Below are positions 52,446 through 62,522 of a stretch of 64,000 nucleotides of DNA, piece by piece; position 1 is the stretch's first letter, and every line of letters begins with the position of its first letter. Where the stretch lies: the IMG/VR virus record IMGVR_UViG_3300032233_002382, positions 32,001-96,000 of that record. One strand, written 5' to 3'. The translations under genes were made by a program, and so were the position numbers. The stretch is from a virus (lineage: Duplodnaviria; Caudoviricetes). Under the pieces are notes generated by a model. It saw nothing but the letters and a program-made list of their open reading frames with translations, ran no database searches and had not been told where the DNA came from.

Positions 52446-53372
52446 ATGAGCTTAATTGAAAAGATCGCTTCTCGAATTTCACGTTTAGCCGCCTTGGTTG
52501 AAATCGTCGATTTAAGTCAGATGAAGCATCCAGAGGATCTTGATAACATTCAGATCTTCGAGAAATCCGACCCCAAGTACGATTCGGTTTTTAAATTCTT
52601 CGAGACCTTTGACATCCCCGTTAGCGTCTTCCGCGTCACCCAGACGGTCCCCGGATATTTTAACAAGACCCCAGCCGAATTCCTCGAGACCATCCGGAAG
52701 ATCCACAATCCGAACGCCATCAACGTTATCCACACCGAAACCGCCGATATGTCTCCCGGATGGGTCGCACACGACTTATTCCACGTCTTACTGGAGCGCA
52801 ACCCCGATCACGACATTCTCGCGGGCGTCATAGGCGATAACGTTTTGGCGGGTTTACTCGATCTAGATCAGTGGCGCTCTGAATTTGATCGAGCATTCCG
52901 CAAGGATTTTGCCACCGCTTTATCCGAATATTCCGAAGGCGCCGACATTGAAACCGGTCCAATATCCGACATGGTTATGCGGTACATTTCGGACACACGT
53001 CTCAAGAATAAGTTGGTCTCAGTCAAGCTCAATCAAGACACCGATATGTACCCAGATCTCTTCATAAGTTGGGTCCTAAGGAACGGTCAATATCGTTCGG
53101 TTCCTCTCCGGTACGTCTCGACCTATCTCAATAAATTCGATAACTCCGAAGGTGTGGAACTCGGGAACACTTCGAATCCTGTATTCTATGAAGTAACAGT
53201 CGGATTTAATAAAGGGCGCGATGCCTACGGCTATCTTGGAGCCTTTAAGATACTTCCAGACGATCCATCACTTCCCGCACTGACCGAGACTCTCGATCGG
53301 TTTAATCGGACCGCTTACGACACAGTTCGAAGCAATTTCCAACGTTTCATCGGTCGTGACTTCATCGTTTAA
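52446..53372 (+). CDS. hypothetical protein with short leader
   Basis: MSLIEKIASRISRLAA. Confidence 0.75.
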   Translation: MSLIEKIASRISRLAALVEIVDLSQMKHPEDLDNIQIFEKSDPKYDSVFKFFETFDIPVSVFRVTQTVPGYFNKTPAEFLETIRKIHNPNAINVIHTETADMSPGWVAHDLFHVLLERNPDHDILAGVIGDNVLAGLLDLDQWRSEFDRAFRKDFATALSEYSEGADIETGPISDMVMRYISDTRLKNKLVSVKLNQDTDMYPDLFISWVLRNGQYRSVPLRYVSTYLNKFDNSEGVELGNTSNPVFYEVTVGFNKGRDAYGYLGAFKILPDDPSLPALTETLDRFNRTAYDTVRSNFQRFIGRDFIV

Positions 53373-53381
53373 GGATTCGAC

Positions 53382-54260
53382 TTGACCTCCCCAGATTCGT
53401 CCTCGATCGCGAAGGTTCAGCAGAATCTTCAGCGGATCCAAGCCTTTAACGATTACATATACAATAACGGCGGTTCCTATATCGCCAATTGTTACTTGCT
53501 TCTGACCGCTCAGGACGACCATGACCCCGGTCTCCAAGTCGGCATCGATCTTCTCGAGGGTGCTTTCGGCGTCGTCGGATCCTTCGGCGCGTTCGGCGGT
53601 TTCGCCGCCTGTTTTATGTGCGCTGAGGTCTCCGCCTGGACCTCAGATACTCCCCCGAACCTAAATTCGACTTTCGCCGACATGACCACACGGTTCCAGA
53701 AGTCGTCGATGGCTTTCGACTATAAGTGCGCTTTATATGCTTCCGATCCGGTCACTTATTGGGATAAGACCTTCACTTGGAACGGTCAGACCATCACGCT
53801 TGGCGATCTCGCCACAATCGACTTTCCAGCCGAATCTGACCCGCAGTTCTTCCCGATGGCCGAGGCCTCTCTCGAGTCCCTTGATATCACCATATGGAAG
53901 ACCGTCCTTCGGCAAAATTGTTGGCTAACCCTTTGGCTCACGAACGGGGCACCAGAGAAGCTGTATGTCGATGATATCCTAGCCTGGGATGAGAATTATA
54001 TAGCTCTCCATCCCGCATGGTACTGCACATGGGAATGGCATAATAAGTCCGGTCTCTTCGACTCTTCCTATTGGGCCGTTAAGGAATGGAACCTGAATTT
54101 CGGGTCGGGTCGATATAAGGCTAATAACGTCCCGGATGCTGCCTGCGATTATCTCTTCACAGACTCTTCGGACGGACACGTCATAAATCCGGAAGGTCTC
54201 GCTTCCCGCCGTGATGTTTTTGAAAAATGGGGAATCCGAACCGACATCGTGTCCGAATGA
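53382..54260 (+). CDS. hypothetical protein with Gly-rich hydrophobic hairpin
   Basis: TTG start after AAGGA; AFGVVGSFGAFGGFAACF. Confidence 0.7.
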   Translation: MTSPDSSSIAKVQQNLQRIQAFNDYIYNNGGSYIANCYLLLTAQDDHDPGLQVGIDLLEGAFGVVGSFGAFGGFAACFMCAEVSAWTSDTPPNLNSTFADMTTRFQKSSMAFDYKCALYASDPVTYWDKTFTWNGQTITLGDLATIDFPAESDPQFFPMAEASLESLDITIWKTVLRQNCWLTLWLTNGAPEKLYVDDILAWDENYIALHPAWYCTWEWHNKSGLFDSSYWAVKEWNLNFGSGRYKANNVPDAACDYLFTDSSDGHVINPEGLASRRDVFEKWGIRTDIVSE

Positions 54261-54306
54261 TATCGATTTTCGCGTCTTAATTTGTATATATACTTAGGAG
54301 ACCCTT

Positions 54307-55005
54307 ATGGACCTAAAGAATGTCGCAAACCGCATCGCGAGATCCGGACACACGGCTGGTATCCTAGACGACGCATACGCCTCAATATATCGGGTCCTAA
54401 GCGGAAAACCCTCAGACTCTCAGATTAAGAGCACCCTCAAGGACTTCGCCACGAGTCTTGATGAGGCTCTAGGCGACCTTTGCAATAAGGTCTTTAAAAC
54501 CTACGCCGATCTCGATCGAGCAGGTCACGGCATTATGGTGACTTATAAAGACATTAAGTCGGGTTACCAACCTCACGATCGGATCAAAGACTATACTTCC
54601 TATCTCGCAAAATCCTTTAGAGAGTTTAGAGAAGCCAGCGAAGCCTTAACCAGGGCGGTTTCTGAGGTGCAAAAATCGCCGGTCCTTGCGGAGATGAAAG
54701 ATAAAGCCTCCCACGATAACCGCTTTAAAACCATAGTCAAGGCGGTTGAGTCGATCAAGTTCCCGTCAATCGATGACTCTGAAGCTTACGGAGTTCGACC
54801 AAGCCAGTCACTCCCTAACGATTTGTCGATCGGCAAGATCTACGACAATATTGAAGTCGCTTATTCTTGGTACACCAACTGCCTGCAGCCTGGGAAATCT
54901 ATACCAAACCAAGCCAACGACATGGTAAAGAAGATACAGTCGACCATTGAGAGTCTACCTAGGGTGATCGATTCAGTCAAATTCGTACCTGGCCGAAACC
55001 AGTAG
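54307..55005 (+). CDS. helical protein with short leader
   Basis: MDLKNVANRIARSGHTAG; AGGAG SD. Confidence 0.75.
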   Translation: MDLKNVANRIARSGHTAGILDDAYASIYRVLSGKPSDSQIKSTLKDFATSLDEALGDLCNKVFKTYADLDRAGHGIMVTYKDIKSGYQPHDRIKDYTSYLAKSFREFREASEALTRAVSEVQKSPVLAEMKDKASHDNRFKTIVKAVESIKFPSIDDSEAYGVRPSQSLPNDLSIGKIYDNIEVAYSWYTNCLQPGKSIPNQANDMVKKIQSTIESLPRVIDSVKFVPGRNQ

Positions 55006-55059
55006 GCTCACCAGATCAAGGCAGGTCACAATTCTGATTTGACCGGTGTATTCTGAATC

Positions 55060-55254
55060 ATGCGACACATACTATCTGTAGCTGCTGTCATACTGATGTG
55101 TGATACTGATCCGAAGACGTGCTCGGACTGTATCGATTTCTGTCATCCCGCCACCTTAAAGCAGTGTCTGCCGTACAATGGCGGCGTCACCTGCGTATGT
55201 AATGACGACGCATTTCGGAAGCCGGACATCAAGCCGAAATTACCGGTCAGATAG
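55060..55254 (+). CDS. small Cys-rich exported protein
   Basis: Signal-like N-terminus, 7 Cys. Confidence 0.55.
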   Translation: MRHILSVAAVILMCDTDPKTCSDCIDFCHPATLKQCLPYNGGVTCVCNDDAFRKPDIKPKLPVR

Positions 55255-55644
55255 ACTCGCCGCGATTGCCTTCTTGAATTTAGTGGTTGACCATCCGTGT
55301 GATCGGTCCATGTATACTATCTTCCCACAATATTCTTGACCAGTAGCATATTTCCCTATATAGTCATCTCCTAATATCCGGATGTCGAACATATGGTGTT
55401 TCATAATAGCATATAGATCTGCTTCCGTATCATATTCAATTACTTCATCTATATGGCGTATAGATAGTAGCATCATCTTTCGATCGTTAAGTGATAGTAT
55501 AGGAGGCAGTTTTTCCGGACGTTCATATGATGGATCGTTATGTAATGCAATGGTCAAATGGTCACAATGAGCTTTTGCCTCTCGGAACATGTGGATATAT
55601 CCGGGATGCAAAACGTCAAAATTACCGGCAATTATACCTTTCAT
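55240..55644 (-). CDS. cytidylyltransferase (TagD-like HIGH family)
   Basis: GNFDVLHPGY, L.VAL, RHIDEVI.Y, GDDY, R.HGWSTT. Confidence 0.9.
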   Translation of the reverse strand: MKGIIAGNFDVLHPGYIHMFREAKAHCDHLTIALHNDPSYERPEKLPPILSLNDRKMMLLSIRHIDEVIEYDTEADLYAIMKHHMFDIRILGDDYIGKYATGQEYCGKIVYMDRSHGWSTTKFKKAIAASLSDR

Positions 55645-55684
55645 TGTTTGTCCTCTGTAGAGTATTAAAACCCAGGAGAATTAA

Positions 55685-56203
55685 ATGATCCTAGCAGACT
55701 GGATTTCAGAGAATACCGAAAACACGAAAGTTACGGTAGAATTCGGGTCCATGTTTTTTGATAAATTAAGTCATAGCCAGTCTTTAAAGAAGATAGGAAT
55801 AGAAATTCATAAGCCATACATAGATCGAGCTAAATATTTTGATTGTTTAAAAATATGCGGGGACTTTAAGAACTTTGAAGACTATATCGCGGAATCTGAT
55901 ATGGACGTGGCTATGTTTATCGATACCTTAGAACATTTAAACCGATCGGAAGCTTTCGAGCTCATGAGTCGTGTGATGCAGAAATTTAAAAAAGTCATTC
56001 TAATGATTCCAGAGGGTTTGCATGAGCAACATCACGACCATTTTAACCTTGGAGCAGACAAACATCAGACACATCGAAGTACATGGTTCCGTGATGATGT
56101 TGAAGCCCTAGGATTCTCGAATATCGTAGTCGACCCTATTTTCCATCGTGGATCAAAGTCTCCAGGTTGTATCTTCGCAGTTTGGGAGAAACAGCGTGCT
56201 TGA
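55685..56203 (+). CDS. class I SAM-methyltransferase-like protein
   Basis: VEFGS, IGIEIH..Y, FIDTLEHL...E. Confidence 0.7.
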   Translation: MILADWISENTENTKVTVEFGSMFFDKLSHSQSLKKIGIEIHKPYIDRAKYFDCLKICGDFKNFEDYIAESDMDVAMFIDTLEHLNRSEAFELMSRVMQKFKKVILMIPEGLHEQHHDHFNLGADKHQTHRSTWFRDDVEALGFSNIVVDPIFHRGSKSPGCIFAVWEKQRA

Positions 56204-57128
56204 TTTGACTTCAGTGCCGCATTTTAGGTTTGCAGTTAAAAAGCACGGTGCTCCGATAATATATGATTCAGGAACATCTTGGAAGTTAACTAGTATCCCA
56301 AAGGAGGCTCACTTCTATTGGGGATCTTCCTCTATGCCATTTTTAAGAGCTATGACTATAGTATCATTCGCTAAACACAATCCTGATTGGTCCATTAATC
56401 TGTATATTCCATCAGCGGTTAACAATAAAGGTAGCAACGGGTACAATATTGAAGCATCCAGTCTATCGATCGACGATAGTATCGCAGAAGTCATATCGAT
56501 TCCGAACTGCACCATCTGGAAAACGGATTGTTTACTGGAAAAATCCGCAAACATGACCGAAGTCCAGAAATCAGATTTAATTAGATGGGCTTTATTAAGC
56601 CATGTTGGCGGAGCTTGGTTTGATATGGATATATTATTCCTAAATCCGATAGGGTCTATCTATTTCAATACAGCTGAGAATTCATCGACTGATACAGTAG
56701 TATGCTTCGATCATCGACATGGGGGAGAGATGTTATATGGCGCTTTATTCTCATCGGTTAATAATAGGTTCTTCTTAGATTTATTCTCGCGTTGTGTCCT
56801 TAATGATGACTTGCATAACCATTTCTCGCTGGGCGCCCGGATGATAAAGAATTTGGGTATCACCGCTTCTACAATTAATGATCTTTATCGCGGCTTGAGT
56901 ATAGTGTCTATGAATTTAGATAGTTTTTACTTAAAAAGTTATAAGGAAATGCGAACCGTCCACGAGCAGAATTGTTTTCATGAATATCTTAACCGACAGT
57001 GTATCGGAATACACTGGTTTGGTGGACTGACCATGTCTGCGGAATCAATACGGAGAATTACTAAACAAAACTACGATGACTTCGACGACACTTTATGTAA
57101 GGCAATTAGTCATACTATGAGAGCATAG
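56148..57128 (+). CDS. GT32 / DXD glycosyltransferase
   Basis: HFYWG, KSDLIRW..L..GG.WFDMDIL, IHWF. Confidence 0.85.
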   Translation: MDQSLQVVSSQFGRNSVLDLTSVPHFRFAVKKHGAPIIYDSGTSWKLTSIPKEAHFYWGSSSMPFLRAMTIVSFAKHNPDWSINLYIPSAVNNKGSNGYNIEASSLSIDDSIAEVISIPNCTIWKTDCLLEKSANMTEVQKSDLIRWALLSHVGGAWFDMDILFLNPIGSIYFNTAENSSTDTVVCFDHRHGGEMLYGALFSSVNNRFFLDLFSRCVLNDDLHNHFSLGARMIKNLGITASTINDLYRGLSIVSMNLDSFYLKSYKEMRTVHEQNCFHEYLNRQCIGIHWFGGLTMSAESIRRITKQNYDDFDDTLCKAISHTMRA

Positions 57129-57174
57129 CTAATTTATTCAGGTAAGCATATAAATGAAAGGTGTTTGGACTTGC

Positions 57175-57990
57175 TCACACAGACCGCGTAATGCATTTGA
57201 ACGATCCCCAATCTCTACCTTGATTAGCCACCAGTGTGTTAGAATCCCTAAACAAAGCGAACAGTTTATCGTTTAAGGGTAATTTAGACCAGTGGCTACG
57301 TGGATGACATAGATGAAGCCCCGATATCTCTTCATCTAGTATTAGCTCCACTCCAGAGAGTCTCACGCGACGAATGAAATCATCGTCCTCATATCCTTGT
57401 CCGTTCATGAATAGCTCTTCAATTCCTTGGATCGCAACGAAATCCTGTTTACGCATGGCTCCGAGGAAGTATGCACAATCCCTCCAATTTGATCTATTGC
57501 ATACGGCTTCTCCGCATTTAATCGAGTATTTAGACTTCAGGAAGGTGCTCGAGAAATCCGTGGATATGAACGGTTTGACATTTTCTGCTGGTTGTTCGTT
57601 TATCCACGCATAAACGAATTTCTTTTTTCCGTCTTTAAACTGGTTTTTTATTTGTTCAACATTCGTAGTTGCGTTTACGACTTCTGGTGATGTTAGTACT
57701 ATTATGTCGCCTTTAGCTTTACGGACCGCGATGTTTTGCTGTAGTGCTGGATTAATTTTTTCTAATGAATGAGTTAGCTTCAAATCAATTAGTTTATGAT
57801 CTACAAAGTGTAACTGAATTTGTAGACCCAATTCTCGGTATTTTTTGACTAGAGCGCATATAGGTGCTGTATCTGAGGAATTATCGGCGATAACCACCTC
57901 GAAATCTTTATCCGTTTGGTTTGCTAGCGATGATAAATTGATTTCGAAAAGGTCCGTTCGGTCTTTATGCGCTATACAATAGCTTATCAT
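57175..57990 (-). CDS. GT2 glycosyltransferase
   Basis: DFEVVIADN, QNIAVRKAKGDII, GYEDDDF..R, HL.HP. Confidence 0.85.
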   Translation of the reverse strand: MISYCIAHKDRTDLFEINLSSLANQTDKDFEVVIADNSSDTAPICALVKKYRELGLQIQLHFVDHKLIDLKLTHSLEKINPALQQNIAVRKAKGDIIVLTSPEVVNATTNVEQIKNQFKDGKKKFVYAWINEQPAENVKPFISTDFSSTFLKSKYSIKCGEAVCNRSNWRDCAYFLGAMRKQDFVAIQGIEELFMNGQGYEDDDFIRRVRLSGVELILDEEISGLHLCHPRSHWSKLPLNDKLFALFRDSNTLVANQGRDWGSFKCITRSV

Positions 57991-58213
57991 TTTCCGGACC
58001 CTCTTTCGAATTACCGAGTCAATTTAACAGACAGAATATCTAGAAGAGTTTTAACGAAGTCCGAAATGATCTTACAGGATTAATATGCACGCCTAAGTCG
58101 CCTGCTCAAGCATAGGTGTTTGGTTTTAACGAGCGCGCACACAAGAGGTAAAACGGGTACGGTTCTGATAAATTATTGTTAATTTACTCCATAAAAATAC
58201 AACAGGGGATATC

Positions 58214-59395
58214 ATGGGAGGCAAAGTAATCGTAACCGGAGGCGCCGGATATGTTGGTTCATTTATATGTCGAGACTTAAGACTTAAAGGATTCGATCCT
58301 ATCGTCGTCGATGATTTTTCAACCGGATTCAAAGAGAACGTAAGATTTGGAGAATATGAGCGGTGTGATTTACGTAATTATATGGAAGTCCAGAGGGTCT
58401 TTGAATCAATTAATGCCACAGCTGTAGTTCACGCTGCAGGATCGGTATCAGTAGAAGAGTCGGAGAGAGATCCTTCTAAATATTTCAGAAATAATGTGAC
58501 GACCACAATAAACATACTAGATGCTTGTGTGAATTTAGGTGTAAAAAATGTAGTATTTAGTTCTACGGCTGCCGTATATGATGAGTCAAACGCCGATATA
58601 GATGAGATGTCCGCGATTAGGCCAGTATCGAATTATGGTGTATCTAAACACTTGGCGGAGAAGATTCTGGAATCTTACTACAGGAGCTTTGGTCTTAATG
58701 TCATAATCTTTAGGTATTTTAATGCATCGGGAGCGAATCCGGGGTTAATGCTCGGTGATCTTAGGGCCAACAAGACACATTTGATCCCCAGAGTGGTCGA
58801 AAATGCTTTATCGGGAATCACCACCATAATAAACGGCAATGATTTTAATACCTCAGATGGTACTACAGTGAGAGATTATATTCATGTTGAGGACATAGCT
58901 TCAGCGCACTCCAAAGCTATCGAATTTTTGATGGATAAATCGACGTTCTATGACACCTTTAATCTCTCTACAGGTGTTGGGACAAGTGTTAAAGAGATAA
59001 TCGATGTCGTCGGACGTCGATTATGTGTGTCCGAAGCTTCTTGGTTCTATAGGTATGGTAATAGAAGACCGGGAGACTGCCAAAAGCTCACTTCCGGATC
59101 AGAGAAAGCGAAAAGGGCATTAAATTGGATGCCTACCAAGTCCCTTAAAGATATCATCGAAGATACTATAGAATACTCGAAGGCGAGAGGTAATTTCATG
59201 AAAAACGCAGGTCAACCGTCTCCTTATAGTAGCATATCACCAAATCAGTCAGCAGAGTGGATTGCTGGATACGCCGCTGGGCATGCAAACGCAATGTCTC
59301 AGATGCATGCGTTGATATCTAAGATCATAAGAGACATTGAGGTTTCAGAAATCAGTAAGCAGGAAATAATTAATAAACTCACTAACGCTTTGTGA
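58214..59395 (+). CDS. galE: UDP-glucose 4-epimerase with in-frame C-terminal appendage
   Basis: TGGAGYVGS, FSSTAAVY, YGVSK, FRYFNASG, DGTTVRDYIHVEDIASAH, RRPGD. Confidence 0.95.
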   Translation: MGGKVIVTGGAGYVGSFICRDLRLKGFDPIVVDDFSTGFKENVRFGEYERCDLRNYMEVQRVFESINATAVVHAAGSVSVEESERDPSKYFRNNVTTTINILDACVNLGVKNVVFSSTAAVYDESNADIDEMSAIRPVSNYGVSKHLAEKILESYYRSFGLNVIIFRYFNASGANPGLMLGDLRANKTHLIPRVVENALSGITTIINGNDFNTSDGTTVRDYIHVEDIASAHSKAIEFLMDKSTFYDTFNLSTGVGTSVKEIIDVVGRRLCVSEASWFYRYGNRRPGDCQKLTSGSEKAKRALNWMPTKSLKDIIEDTIEYSKARGNFMKNAGQPSPYSSISPNQSAEWIAGYAAGHANAMSQMHALISKIIRDIEVSEISKQEIINKLTNAL

Positions 59396-59402
59396 GGAAT
59401 CG

Positions 59403-59633
59403 ATGTTTATAGACTCGAGTTCGGTATCAAACCCTCAATCTTTTTCGTCTAATACAATCACGATCACCACAGGCTCTTCATCTCTAGGCGGCGTTCAGAC
59501 CCTACAGTACTCACCACCACCCATTACCTTCTCGAAAGACTATGTGAAAAGTCTCCTGGATATGATAGAGGCAGATCAAGAGTTATCTGCTCAGTTCGCT
59601 CGCATCATTGCATCTACGCTACATAACGAATGA
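59403..59633 (+). CDS. hypothetical protein
   Basis: GAGG SD. Confidence 0.55.
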   Translation: MFIDSSSVSNPQSFSSNTITITTGSSSLGGVQTLQYSPPPITFSKDYVKSLLDMIEADQELSAQFARIIASTLHNE

Positions 59634-59872
59634 TTCATCCTACAGACCTGCAAGATTTGAAGTTACAAACAAGCCGATTTTATGCGGTATCTACAGACAC
59701 CGCTAAAAACCTTATATGTGAGATACAAGGTTTTCACAGAATCTTAGAGCATCTTGCAAATGTCCTGAATATTAACAAGGATGAATTATATTCAATGTCG
59801 CCCGACCAAATATGTGTCCTTATATCGAAGAAACTTTCAAGGCCGGAGTCAAAAAGTCATGATGTGGACTAA
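59630..59872 (+). CDS. hypothetical protein
   Basis: ATGA overlap. Confidence 0.55.
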   Translation: MIHPTDLQDLKLQTSRFYAVSTDTAKNLICEIQGFHRILEHLANVLNINKDELYSMSPDQICVLISKKLSRPESKSHDVD

Positions 59873-59955
59873 AGACTCGTTGATTACGAATTTATCATAT
59901 AGATACTTTCAGATGTAAACAAATTAACCAGAGTTATCGTTAAATAGAGATCACT

Positions 59956-60159
59956 ATGGCGACGTTAAAATCGAATTCTCGACTCGGTATAAGCCCTGTG
60001 TGTAGCTCCATGGTGGCCTGCGACGGCATAACGGTTACCAACGGTAAAGATATTTGTGCTAGGTGTTTAAAAGCTTTGGCGAAGCGTAATGCTCCTCCAA
60101 AGCCACTCCGTGGCGAGTACTTATCTGCAACAATGGATATTAAAAAGAAGAAGCTTTGA
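59956..60159 (+). CDS. small zinc-binding basic protein
   Basis: C...C...ICARC. Confidence 0.5.
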   Translation: MATLKSNSRLGISPVCSSMVACDGITVTNGKDICARCLKALAKRNAPPKPLRGEYLSATMDIKKKKL

Positions 60160-60177
60160 CTAGTTTTAGACTGATGA

Positions 60178-60864
60178 TCACAGTAATAGGGACTTCACCC
60201 CTGTGATGATCGTGTCATCGTGGTTAGCCTTGTACCAGTTAACCGGAAATCCCATCGATTCTACAACTGCCCAAATATTCACCTCCCACGTAATCCGGGG
60301 TTTTATTGATTTAATGATATTCTGGGTAGCTATATGGAAATTCTTTAATGACTCCGAATCACTCGAGAGAACACCACCACAAAATCTCCACGAAATTTCG
60401 TGAATGTGATTTGTCTTTGAATTCCAGCATCCTGGAATCGTAACACCACTTGGAAGTCGATCGAATTCGACCAAATATTTTAAATGGTCTTTGTTTTTTA
60501 TGACGTGCGATATTCCGAAATCTACCCACGTTACGCGAGGAAGGTCGTACCGCTGGGCTGCTTTGACACAAAATTCAGTCTTCGCGTTTTGAATGATGTG
60601 AAAGTCGAGAGTGTTTTTAGTCGGATTATCGGAAACATAAACCTCCGGATTTTTTAAATCCATAAGCTTAAACGTATCCAATTCGCGTAGATCAGTCGGT
60701 ATTAAATTCACATGCGACGGAAAACGCGGAACATCTAGATTCTTGTCGAAAAATACCACGATCGGCAAACCTGTGTTGACCAAATCATTAAAGTATCTAA
60801 GGTAAGAATCGATGGGTCGGGTCGTATGGCCGTCTCTTTGAGCGAAAAATGAAGTAACTAACAT
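60178..60864 (-). CDS. HtrL/YibB-family putative glycosyltransferase
   Basis: LVTSF, QNAKTEF, WVDFGI, WRFCGG, WEVNIW. Confidence 0.8.
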   Translation of the reverse strand: MLVTSFFAQRDGHTTRPIDSYLRYFNDLVNTGLPIVVFFDKNLDVPRFPSHVNLIPTDLRELDTFKLMDLKNPEVYVSDNPTKNTLDFHIIQNAKTEFCVKAAQRYDLPRVTWVDFGISHVIKNKDHLKYLVEFDRLPSGVTIPGCWNSKTNHIHEISWRFCGGVLSSDSESLKNFHIATQNIIKSIKPRITWEVNIWAVVESMGFPVNWYKANHDDTIITGVKSLLL

Positions 60865-61724
60865 GGGATACCGGAGTTTCTAACCACTTCTAAACATGAA
60901 TTTAATAAGTCTGGTCTGTTAGATTCTTTGATTCGTGTGAGGCATTCAAACACGTTTTTCGTGTTTTTGACTTTAACGTTATTTTCAATGATAGAAATGT
61001 AATCAGCAGGATAGCATCTAAACAGCTCCGGATTTTCGTGATAAACTTGGAACATTATCTGTTCGTCTGCGTGTCCATATCCAAGCTCGACCATTTCATT
61101 GAATTTCGACATTGCATGGTCGCAGTATAATTTCATATTCTCGATGCTGCCAGACCAAAATGTTCCTCCAAGGCCTGCGTGACCGTAAGCATAATACTTT
61201 TCGAGATCTCCTAAAAGTGAAGGCGAGTGAGAGTTCAGAATAGCCACGTTCATCTGGTCGATATTACTATCTAATATCAGATCTAAGTCTTCTCGTCGAA
61301 CGTCGCATGTTTTATAAAGCCCGAAATCCGCCCAAGCAAAATGACTCGAACCAAAAAGATCCAGATCGACTGCTTTGGAAACAAACCAAGGCTTACTGCA
61401 TGTTAAAGCAAAATATTCAGGAGTATTTCTAGGGTCCGGGTTATACTGTCTTCTGTGCCTATCTGATCGAATTTTATCTAGGAGTCTGTAGTTCGGCAAC
61501 AAAGATTTCGGTACGGGGATAACTACCGATCGGTCCGATCGGCAAAGAGATCTTATGTGAGATCCCATATCAGGTTCACAGAAGGTCACGATGTTGCAAC
61601 CATTATTCAATAATTTTTGCCCGCTTTCAAGGTATGTCCTGATCCGATCCGACTGAATTGGATTATCATCAAGACGATAAAAAGCAGTAACTAAAGTAAA
61701 GTTATTTGTGGCCATAAATGACAC
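60858..61724 (-). CDS. HtrL/YibB-family putative glycosyltransferase
   Basis: TLVTAFY, SKPWFV, FAWADFG, GGTFWSG, DEQI. Confidence 0.8.
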   Translation of the reverse strand: MSFMATNNFTLVTAFYRLDDNPIQSDRIRTYLESGQKLLNNGCNIVTFCEPDMGSHIRSLCRSDRSVVIPVPKSLLPNYRLLDKIRSDRHRRQYNPDPRNTPEYFALTCSKPWFVSKAVDLDLFGSSHFAWADFGLYKTCDVRREDLDLILDSNIDQMNVAILNSHSPSLLGDLEKYYAYGHAGLGGTFWSGSIENMKLYCDHAMSKFNEMVELGYGHADEQIMFQVYHENPELFRCYPADYISIIENNVKVKNTKNVFECLTRIKESNRPDLLNSCLEVVRNSGIPC

Positions 61725-61739
61725 TACCGAGAGACCTAA

Positions 61740-62522
61740 ATGAAAATATATGATTGCTTCATGTTTTTCGCGGAATTCGAAATACTGGAATTAAGACTAC
61801 AAGAATTGAACGACTCGGTTGATTATTTCGTTCTTACGGAGTCGAATAAAACTCACGCTTTGAGGCCTAAGCCTTTATATTTTAAGGAAAATAATCACAG
61901 ATTCGAACCCTATCGAAAGAAAATAATCTACATCGAGAACTTAGATACGAACAAGTATTCGGGAGTTTGGTCTAAAGAAAATGCGGATCGCAATAGCTTA
62001 TCTCGAGGTTTAGTCAACGCAGACCAAGAAGATATTATTATGATTTCAGACGTCGATGAGATTCCCGATATAAGTAATTTAGATCTTGGTTCTGTTTCTA
62101 AACCCATTACTTTAGACATGGAATACTACAACTACTACGTTAATTGTCGTAAGAACAGGTGGTGGCCCGGTACGACGCTTCACAGGTTCAGCCATGGTCG
62201 CGACCCCCAATGGTATAGAGATAACAGAGTGGAATTCCCTAGAGTGCAGAACGGTTGGCACTATTCGTATCTTGGGGGTTTCGATCGAATAAAAGAGAAG
62301 CTCAGGCATGCTCCAGATTCGATTGAATATCGCCATTTCGACTACGTTAGCGACAATTCAAATGGGGAACTAATTAAGAAACGTTTGGATGGTATGCAGG
62401 ATATCTTCGGTAGAGGTGGTGATCAGACTATCAGGGTCGTAGATGCATTTGAAGGTCGTAAACCACGTAGCTTACGCGAATGGACTCAGAAGTATCCCTA
62501 CATGATAAGGACGGACTTGTAA
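61740..62522 (+). CDS. GT17-family glycosyltransferase
   Basis: IYDCFMF..E.EILELRL.EL...VDYFVL.ES..TH; SDVDEIP; GWHYSY.GG. Confidence 0.88.
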   Translation: MKIYDCFMFFAEFEILELRLQELNDSVDYFVLTESNKTHALRPKPLYFKENNHRFEPYRKKIIYIENLDTNKYSGVWSKENADRNSLSRGLVNADQEDIIMISDVDEIPDISNLDLGSVSKPITLDMEYYNYYVNCRKNRWWPGTTLHRFSHGRDPQWYRDNRVEFPRVQNGWHYSYLGGFDRIKEKLRHAPDSIEYRHFDYVSDNSNGELIKKRLDGMQDIFGRGGDQTIRVVDAFEGRKPRSLREWTQKYPYMIRTDL

